Below are positions 32,345-40,217 of a stretch of DNA of 64,000 bases, in pieces. The stretch spans positions 352,001 through 416,000 of the forward strand of contig OY820905.2 in assembly GCA_963555755.3 (NCBI GenBank), written 5' to 3'. The notes under the pieces were generated by a model, which saw only the letters and a program-made list of their open reading frames with translations, was not told where the DNA came from and did no database searches. Position numbers and translations under genes: made by a program. Each line of letters starts with the position of its first letter. Position 1 is the stretch's first letter. The stretch comes from Nitrospirales bacterium (GTDB lineage Bacteria; Nitrospirota; Nitrospiria; Nitrospirales; UBA8639).

Positions 32345-32929
32345 TCAGGTCCCGCTTTTCCCCAGCTTCCCACATTTGTGTCCATGAGAATCAACCGGAC
32401 TAGAGGGGGCTCCAGCGGGTTTCTTGCCATCAGCCCACGAGACTGACACGTGCCACTCATTACTCGTGGTGGTCCCGTCGGTCTTGGCCTTGATCACACA
32501 GGCCGGCGTCAGAAACAGGCTCCGGTCTTTCTTGGGACCGGCCACGATATTGATTTTCAGGTTATAGGCGCAACTGGCCGGCACGGTATAGACATCGTAT
32601 TGGCCAAGACTGGTATCGGAGTCAAACTTGATGTCAATGCCTGAACACGGGGCCCCCGTGTCCGGATGGTCTTGCGAGGGGGTCCCCGCATCGGGTTGGT
32701 CGGATTTGGATTTTAAGACGACCGTAGTGACCACATACCCCCCTTTATTCGCATAGACGATGCCGCCACAGGGCTTGGTGCCATCCTTACAGTATGGGTG
32801 GGTATAGGAACTTTTTTCCGTTGCCGCTCCAGCCAAGACCGGTAAGCACATGACCGCTGCCAAGGCAATCAGCACCACCCAGCCCTTCGTCAACCCTTCG
32901 TGTCCGACAGTGTTTCCGGTAAATTTCAT
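32345..32929 (-). CDS. Secreted Cys-containing protein, distant family A member
   Basis: AAGGAGG RBS, signal peptide, YANKGGYVV, LKINIVAG, DGTTTSN. Confidence 0.72.
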   Translation of the reverse strand: MKFTGNTVGHEGLTKGWVVLIALAAVMCLPVLAGAATEKSSYTHPYCKDGTKPCGGIVYANKGGYVVTTVVLKSKSDQPDAGTPSQDHPDTGAPCSGIDIKFDSDTSLGQYDVYTVPASCAYNLKINIVAGPKKDRSLFLTPACVIKAKTDGTTTSNEWHVSVSWADGKKPAGAPSSPVDSHGHKCGKLGKSGT

Positions 32930-33067
32930 TTTGCCCCTCCTTGAGTTTCTGGCAGTTGGTAATATCGGCCGCGCGGCCAACCAGCTCGCGATCGTTTGGT
33001 TGACCCGGGAGTTCTCCTGAGGTCACCCCGTTAACAATCCCCCTTTCACTTCCTTAATTCCCATTTT

Positions 33068-33167
33068 CTTAATTCCCCTTGGTCTCGTCATCAGAAAATG
33101 ATGCGCATGCCTTGAGATAGATTAACCGAAACACCCCAGCAACAATTATCATTGGTTTGTTGACCAT
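33068..33167 (-). pseudogene. Signal-peptide-only relic of a family A gene
   Basis: GGAGG RBS then MVNKPMII...ASFSDDETKGN*, matching paralog N-termini ASFSEDKSKN. Confidence 0.55.
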
Positions 33168-33245
33168 GGTGGCCTCCCATGGGCATCTTGCAACGATGGA
33201 TGGTCCGCGTGAGTCGCCTATCGGGCTGATACCAAACGGGCCTTT

Positions 33246-33769
33246 TCAGCCCCCATCATCATTGAACATGTCCTTAGACGAATTGTAACTACGCCTACAG
33301 GGGAGATTCGTTCTATTCCTGAATGCCTGAATACACGCGCGACCTTCTGCACGTCGACACCTATGTTGGTAAGCGTCTCTCCCCTGGTGTTGAACACAAT
33401 ACCGCCTTCCCCGCCTCCGGGTTTGTAGAAATATTGGTGTCATCCTTTCGAGAATTCTTGGTTTCTCCTGCATCTATCGCCACTTTCAGCCACACCTCCG
33501 CCCCCTCAGGAATCGTCACATCTTTGTCAAGGTTAAAACAGGCATAATCATGTTGCTTGAGCCGACGATTAAATTGTTTCTTGTGCTTTTTCCCATCTAT
33601 TTTCCAGTACACCCAATCCCTGGAAACCACGTCACTGCCACATTGGGCGTAATAAATTTTGCTAATATTTCCTTCTTCAACACCATAATACCGGGGCCAC
33701 ATTCATGATTCCGGCGACCAGGACCAGGAAGGCCAAAAAATGGGTTCTTCTAACTTTGGTGATACGCAT
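33246..33769 (-). pseudogene. Family A secreted protein with multiple frameshifts
   Basis: Signal peptide in ORF 33677-33862, PEGAEVWLKVAIDAGE in 33361-33702, HRCRR in 33246-33473. Confidence 0.72.
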
Positions 33770-33909
33770 GACGGGTGTTTCCTTGCTGAAAGGGAATAGA
33801 TGATATAGACGCCCCCCCTTTCTAACAGGAACGAGGGCTACCATCAATGATGGATACCTCAACGTGGTAAGCTATGCTTTTGCAACCACATACACCCAAG
33901 GAGGCGTCT

Positions 33910-35028
33910 ATGAAACAGAGTATAGTCTACGTGGGCCTTGATGTCGATGATACCCAGTACCATGGTTCGGCCTTTGCCACACACACTGGTGTCGTCGTGG
34001 ATTTCCAATGTCGGCCAACGCTGAAGGGCCTGCTCCGCCAGCTTGAGAAACTCGGCCAGCATTTTTCTGGATGCGCGGTCAGGTTGTGTTATGAAGCGTC
34101 CTATCTTGGTTATACCCTGCAACGGGATTTAGCCGAACAGGGGTATCATTGTGATGTGGTGGCCCCGACGAGTATCCCCCCCCCTCGCAGCAAACAGATC
34201 AAAACCGATCGCATTGATGCTGCGCAACTGGCCCAATTCTACGCCCATGGCCTGCTCACGTTGATCAGTATCCCCGAGCCGGCACAGGAACAAGACCGGG
34301 ATCTGCTGCGCACGCGCCAGCAGCTGGTCGAGCCGCAAACGGCCCTGCGCAAGCATGTGCAAGCCTTATTGCGCCGCAATGGGGTGCATGACAAGGCGCA
34401 GACCCACAGTCGAACCTATTGGACCACCCATCACTTTTGCTGGCTCGAGCGGACCATCACCGCCACGTCCGGGAGTCTCAAAGTGAACCTGGAGCTCTTG
34501 CTGCGGCACCTGAACGGTTTGACCACCATCCTGGCGGGCTATGACCAACAGATCGAGGAGCTGGCCAGCAGTGCCCGCTATGCGAAACCGGTGCACTCCT
34601 TGACCTGTTACAAAGGAATCAAGAATACCTTTGCCCTCACGATGATTACGGAAATCGGCGATATCACACGTTTTGCCCACCCCCGGCAATTAGTCTCTTG
34701 GATCGGCATGGATATCCGGGAATATTCTTCAGGGGGCACCCACCATCGGTATGGCATCACGAAACATGGCAATCGCTATGTCCGCACGGCCTTCATCGAG
34801 GCGAATCAACGCGGCTACCGCACCGCCATCATCAGCCCGAAGCTGAAGGCCCGACGGGCCCATACGGCCCCCGACTATGTGGCGATTGCGGATCGCTGTT
34901 TACGGCGACTGCATAAGAAAGGCAACCGGCTGCTGTTTGCCGGCAAGCATCCGAACAAAGTCAAGGTGGCCTGCGCTCGGGAAATGGTGGGCTTTGTGGG
35001 GGAATCACTTCGCAACGTGGCCGCCTAG
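33910..35028 (+). CDS. IS110-family DEDD transposase/recombinase
   Basis: GGAGG RBS, YVGLDVDD, CYEAS, KTDRIDA, YSSGG, GITKHGN. Confidence 0.92.
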   Translation: MKQSIVYVGLDVDDTQYHGSAFATHTGVVVDFQCRPTLKGLLRQLEKLGQHFSGCAVRLCYEASYLGYTLQRDLAEQGYHCDVVAPTSIPPPRSKQIKTDRIDAAQLAQFYAHGLLTLISIPEPAQEQDRDLLRTRQQLVEPQTALRKHVQALLRRNGVHDKAQTHSRTYWTTHHFCWLERTITATSGSLKVNLELLLRHLNGLTTILAGYDQQIEELASSARYAKPVHSLTCYKGIKNTFALTMITEIGDITRFAHPRQLVSWIGMDIREYSSGGTHHRYGITKHGNRYVRTAFIEANQRGYRTAIISPKLKARRAHTAPDYVAIADRCLRRLHKKGNRLLFAGKHPNKVKVACAREMVGFVGESLRNVAA

Positions 35029-35039
35029 ACAATCATCCA

Positions 35040-35265
35040 GAGATGAAACAGCCATTTAACGATGTTGTCAGCTTGAGTCCACTGGTTGATCCGGAGGAGA
35101 AGACAGAGATGGGGAAGCCCACGTGAATTCCTTAGCAAGGAAAGCCGCTGAGAATAGATTGTGGTCACCCCAACACGGACAACTCTTTATGCGTTACCCA
35201 GCACGCGAATACGAGGATGTGAGTCCACGGTCACATCCCGCTCAAGGATCAATCCAGTACAATTC
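35040..35265 (+). ncRNA. Putative seekRNA/bridge RNA of the IS1111-type element
   Basis: Internal loop with AATTCCT (35126-35132) and GAATAG (35152-35157) matching the reconstructed target; limits approximate. Confidence 0.6.
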
Positions 35266-35290
35266 AAGTTGACAATGGAGCGTCTATACA

Positions 35291-35750
35291 AGGAATTTTA
35301 AAAGCTCTTTTTGACTGGACTCCAAAGTACCCAAGATCTCTGTGAGGGATCAATCCCCAGCGTCTGCCATCTGAAATGCTGGAGTGCATCCTGAGAGTAG
35401 GGTCTGACGGGCCCTTTTCTAGGGATCAGTTTTGCTCTCTTGTAGTATGTGGGTCGGGAAAATGGAGCACTTTTTGTCCTGCCCGGGGGCCAAGGGCGAT
35501 GCGGTAGGTGCAGGTCGCCGCATGTAGCGGTGCCGGGGCCGGATCGTGATCAGGATTGGTCAGGTAAGGTAAGGAATCTCGGTATCTTCTTCCTTGAGCG
35601 CGCCTTGGCAAGTTAACCCCTTCAGCAGTCGCGTGATGATCCGCGTGAGTAAGTTCTGAAGCTGGTCAGTGGTGGGGGGCGGCACTGGCTGAAAGACGAA
35701 GATGCCGTAGTGAGGCGATTGACCCCATCGAGTACCAATCAGGATGGAAA
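35291..35750 (-). pseudogene. IS91/ISCR relic: oriIS end plus internal transposase fragment
   Basis: AATCTYRIALGPRAGQKVL, QLQNLLTRIITRLLK; 35291-35430 homologous to 37983-38120. Confidence 0.75.
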
Positions 35751-35754
35751 ACAG

Positions 35755-37916
35755 CTATTGAGTGGGCGCAAAGCCTCGACGCATAGTGTTCTCACTCGTC
35801 ACACGTTGGACCATGAATTGTTGCAAGTACCCTTCCCCTCCCGCCTTGGTGCCCACCCCTGAAAGTCGATGTCCGCCAAAGGGCTGCCGTCCAACTAATG
35901 ATCCGGTGATGGGGCGGTTGATGTAGAAATTTCCGACATCAAAAGTTTCACGGGCCCGTTGGATGTTCGCCGGGCTTCGGGAGTACACCCCGCCTGTCAG
36001 GGCAAAATCCGATTGCATGGCCATAGCCAGCGCATCTTCAAATGATGGGCATCGAAGGACCGCCACGACCGGCCCAAAAATTTCTTCTTGAGCCATCCGG
36101 TGATGGGACTGGATTTCTCCCACGATCACGGGTCCTTGAAACCATCCTTCACTCTCAATGACCCGGTCCAGCAACACCTTGCCTTCCTGGCGGGCAATGT
36201 CCACATATTCCCGTACTTTGTGTAGTGCCCGTTGATCGATCATCGGCCCCATTTGATTGCTGGGATCTTCGGGGGGGCCGATATGCAGGCTGTTAGCGGC
36301 TTGGGTGAGTCTTTCAATGAACTCGTTGTAAACCGGTTCAAGAACAATGGCTCGTGAGCATGCGGAACACTTTTGCCCCTGATATCCGGTGAAAGAGTAC
36401 AGTACCCCGTGCACGGCTTCGTCCAAATCCGCGGTTTCATCAATAATGATGGCATTCTTTCCACCCATTTCCGCAATGGCATGTGTGACATGATGTTGTC
36501 CGGGTTGCATCTTCGATGCCTGGTTGATGATTTGAAGTCCGGCCTCTTTTGATCCGGTAAATGCAATGACATGAATCTGAAGATGCGAAACGAGGGCTTT
36601 GCCAATCTCCGGCCCGCCGGGAAGGAAATGAAGTACGCCATCAGGCAAACCCGCTTCTCGAAAAAGCTGCGATAGATGATAGCCCATCATCGGTGAACGC
36701 TCGGATGGTTTGAACAGCACGGCGTTACCCGTGACGAGGGCGGAAGATACCAGTCCGGTTGGAATGGCCAAAGAGAAGTTCCAAGGAGAAATCACAACCG
36801 CCAATCCGCGAGGCCGCCATTCGAGATGATTCAGCTCCCCAGGTTCTTGCCCAAGCCGTTGGGGTCGGCCTAATCGGCGCATCTCCCGCGCATAAAATTC
36901 CAGAAAATCGATGGCTTCGGCAATGTCGCCATCTGCCTCTCGCCATGGTTTGCCCGTTTCAAAAATTTCCCAAGCCGCGAGTTCATGCCGACGTTGCCGC
37001 ATAAGTTCGGCGACCCGACATAAATAATCCGCGCGAGTATCCGCCGACGTTGTCCGCCATTGTTTCCATGCAATCTGAGCCGATTGAATGACTCCCTCGA
37101 TTTCCGCAGGAGCGTAGCTTGGCATCCTGACAATAATTTCGTTCGGGCGGCTCGGGTTGGTGGAAACCAGTTCATCCTTGAGTTGTCCTACGGTGGGCGG
37201 AACATAAAAATTCACTGTCTTTCCCAGTTGTCCCTTGACGCTCTCAATTGCTTCCGACATGGCCTGGCGAGCTGCTTCCCGTGAAAAATCGGTGTGCGGT
37301 TCATTTTTAAAAGATGGACCCATGTCTTGTTCATGAATCATGGCGTGTTGTCCAGAGACCTGAGAGGCGTGTGGAGGGGCCAGTAATACGTCAAGTGGTG
37401 TCTCATGATCTCGCTGCTTCGAGATAAAGGATTCATTCGACGTGTTTTCCAGAAGTCGCCGTACGAGGTACGCCATTCCGGGGATCAATTCCCCAACTGG
37501 CGTATACACACGAACGCGCCTGCCATATTTCACCACGGCATGTTGTAATGCATCGGCCATGCCATACAGAGATTGGTATTCATAGTTGTCGGGAGCGAAG
37601 TCATGAGCTTGGGCAATGGCTTCGGCATGGGCCAAGCTTCGTAAATTATGCGTGCCAAACGCGGGACGGAACAGAGTGGGGTGGGCGAGTAGTTTGCCAC
37701 TGATGTATTCAAAGTTGGCATCGGTTTCTGCTTTGTGCCGCAACACCGGGATTGGCCAGCCACGCTGCTCGTTTTGAATATTCTCCGCATCCCAGTACGC
37801 CCCTTTTACTAAACGAATGGTAATAGGCGTGCCACGTTGTCGTACCCAATCAACCATGCGATCGAGTGTCATATCCGCATCGCGTAAATAGGTTTGGAGC
37901 GCAATCCCCGCACCGA
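35755..37916 (-). pseudogene. putA: 5'-truncated duplicate of putA (whole P5C dehydrogenase domain, partial PRODH)
   Basis: Near-identical to 40028-42189; ORF 35755-37872. Confidence 0.92.
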
Positions 37917-37920
37917 CTGA

Positions 37921-37946
37921 GGGTCAGGTCTTGCAGTGCCACATCA
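37921..37946 (-). repeat. REP-like motif (TGATGTGGCACTGCAAGACCTGACCC) at the putA duplication breakpoint
   Basis: Reverse complement matches 8131-8155 and 9654-9676. Confidence 0.8.
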
Positions 37947-37976
37947 GACCAGAGAAAAGGGGATGGCAGGGGAATT

Positions 37977-38810
37977 GGGAATAGGAATTTTAAACGGCCT
38001 TTTTAACTGGATAGAAAGTAACAAAGAACCCGTTGAGAGGTCAATCAACAGCCTCTGCCATCTGAAAGGCGGGAGTCCTCCGGTAAACGGGGTGGAGGGG
38101 CCCATTTTTCATGGATCATGCCCAGTCTTTCGTTCCATAGTGGGAGGTGGGGTGGGGAAATGGGAAAAGGGGGGGTATCGGTTCGAGCACCGAACCGGCA
38201 TCCAGGGGGAAATTAGGCCGTCTGTTGGAACTCGTCGAGGCGACCTGGGCCTTTGGTGGGGCACGGGTTGGCAAGCCCAGGTGCGCGAGAATCTTGGCAA
38301 TCACGGTGGGATCTTCGAAAGCCGCAAGGAGCGCCAACGGGCCGCCGCACTGCGGACAGATGAGGATGTCGATGGCGAAGACTCGTTTGAGTACCTGCGC
38401 CCAGCTCATGTAAGTCCGCGTTGAGGCTGCGGGGGCCTCGCCGTCCGCATTGGAGGAGGCTGTGGCCTGGTCAGACTCGATCTGAGACCGTAGCGCGGCG
38501 GTGGGTGCCAGCACGCTATGGACGCGAATGAGAGAAAGTCGAGGACGTGGGACGAGGGCGGCCCGGCGTTGCAAGAATTCCAGCGGGTTCATCACGAGAT
38601 GGGTGGTGCTATCGCGGTACGGGGTTTTGAGTTGGAGAACGACCTCGCCGGCTGGGGTGTCGCGCAGGCGTTTATAGCCCAGGGCGGGGCGCGTGATGCA
38701 GCGATACAGACATTCGAGGGTCTGCGTCTGCTGGGGACTACATCCTCTGTAGCAACGTTTGCGTAGGTGGCTTGACCGTGAGCGCGGAGTCGGCACAGCG
38801 CGCGGGCATG
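37977..38810 (-). pseudogene. IS91/ISCR-family element relic with oriIS end
   Basis: ITRPAL, LKTPYRDSTTHLVMNPLEFLQR, LVPRPR, SWAQVLKRVFAIDILICPQCGG; oriIS-like motif at 37977-37996. Confidence 0.85.
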
Positions 38811-38850
38811 AGATACCAGATACGTTTTTTCTTCCAGGAATGTAAAAAAG

Positions 38851-39138
38851 TCACGCCACGTGTTGGACTTCTTTGTCGATTTGCCTCCCAATGGCACCTT
38901 CGGCAATCGTGAGATCATAGCGGGTCTGAAGATTCATCCAAAACAGCGCATTGTTTCCAAAGTACCGGGATAGGCGGAGGGCAGTGTCCGGAGTAATCCC
39001 ACGTTTTCCATTGAGAATTGAGGTCAGGCGGCCAGAAGGGACGCGCAATGCCAACGACAATTTGTTGGCGGATAACGCGCGGGCTTTCAGCTCACGTTTG
39101 AGAATTCGACCAGGATGGACGGCTACCATGAATTTCAC
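38851..39138 (-). CDS. higA: HigA antitoxin
   Basis: VHPGRILK, GKRGITPDTALRLSRYFG, FWMNLQ. Confidence 0.92.
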   Translation of the reverse strand: MKFMVAVHPGRILKRELKARALSANKLSLALRVPSGRLTSILNGKRGITPDTALRLSRYFGNNALFWMNLQTRYDLTIAEGAIGRQIDKEVQHVA

Positions 39139-39422
39139 CCCTTGTGATAGTTAACAATATCTACGTTGTACGCATGCTCACCCTTGAACTTGAAACAGAT
39201 ACGCCAAGGGCCGTTGATTGTCATTGCCCACTGACCCTTGCGGCTCCCAGTGAGTTTATGCAACCCCACACTTTTTAATGGGCTAAGATCACTGAGGGAA
39301 GTGGCCGCATCCAAAGCCGCAATAAGATCTTGGGCTGCCTCAGGATCCATGCCTGGGAATTTGGTTCGTTTGCCCTGTTCAAAGAACCTCCGGCTCGTGG
39401 TATTCGCCCAGGATTTTATCAC
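39135..39422 (-). CDS. higB: HigB (RelE-like) toxin
   Basis: MIKSW, LHKLTGSRKGQWAMTINGPWRICF, IVNYH; toxin-first gene order. Confidence 0.9.
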   Translation of the reverse strand: MIKSWANTTSRRFFEQGKRTKFPGMDPEAAQDLIAALDAATSLSDLSPLKSVGLHKLTGSRKGQWAMTINGPWRICFKFKGEHAYNVDIVNYHKG

Positions 39423-39631
39423 CTCCTTATTATACTACGTTGAACGTAGTATGCAATGCATTCTTCCCACACAACAGAATGAAACAGAAGAGAGGTAACC
39501 TTGAAAGCTGGCCTTCGTTTCTGCTGCAAAAGTATGCCTCCGTTCGTTGCTAGATCGTTGGAATCTCGTCGCTAGTCGTTCGTATCTCGGTTTTTTCCCG
39601 ACTTCTTTTCCTTTGTCCCATCGTCCCCGTT

Positions 39632-39701
39632 GTCATTTCGACCCTTAGGAGAAATCTGTCGTTCCGTAGATGGGGAGATTTCTCCTAAGGGTCGAAATGA
39701 C
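39632..39701. repeat. REP-like palindrome with 26 bp perfect arms
   Basis: GTCATTTCGACCCTTAGGAGAAATCT...AGATTTCTCCTAAGGGTCGAAATGAC; related copy at 58761-58831. Confidence 0.85.
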
Positions 39702-39739
39702 AGAGGAGGGCCTCTTCTGCTGGCGAGGGGATATCCGGC

Positions 39740-39963
39740 TACACAGTGCCCCAAAGGCGGAACTCGGAAAAGGATCGGCTGGGCAAGACGTCCGGCGGAG
39801 TTCTGCTGGATGAGGTGGTGGGTATGGAGTTTCTTGACCAGCTTGGCGGCGGCATTGGTGGAGCGAAACCCGGCCAGTCGCATGATCTCCTGGTAGGTGG
39901 GCATGCCCCGGTGCGTGCAATCGAAGGCGACAATGGCGGGGAAAAAGCGAGCGGGGAGCCATG
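39740..39963 (-). pseudogene. LexA-like N-terminal DNA-binding domain fragment
   Basis: MPTYQEIMRLAGFRSTNAAAKLVKKL; no peptidase domain follows. Confidence 0.6.
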
Positions 39964-39997
39964 AGGGCTTAAGGATACGATAAACTGATGTTCACTT

Positions 39998-40217
39998 CAA
40001 GAGGCAACATTGCAGGGAGGAACACAGCTATTGAGTGGGCGCAAAGCCTCGACGCATGGTGTTCTCACTCGTCACACGTTGGACCATGAATTGTTGCAAG
40101 TACCCTTCCCCTCCCGCCTTGGTGCCCACCCCTGAAAGTCGATGTCCGCCAAAGGGCTGCCGTCCAACTAATGATCCGGTGATGGGGCGGTTGATGTAGA
40201 AATTTCCGACATCAAAA
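39998..40217. repeat. Right island direct repeat
   Basis: Includes 30 bp of geneX sequence beyond the putA stop (CAAGAGGCAACATTGCAGGG...). Confidence 0.88.

Larger units (their letters stand above)
33800..35292 (+). mobile_element. IS110-family element, IS1111-type
   Basis: Sub-terminal IRs TATAGACGC (33804-33812, 35280-35288), AG core at both junctions, no TSD, long downstream non-coding region. Confidence 0.85.

Noticed and set aside
25600..33800. Integron cassette array
   Set aside because: No intI, and the spacers lack evident attC RYYYAAC/GTTRRRY boxes; genes are tandem paralogs with homologous leaders. IntegronFinder was not run
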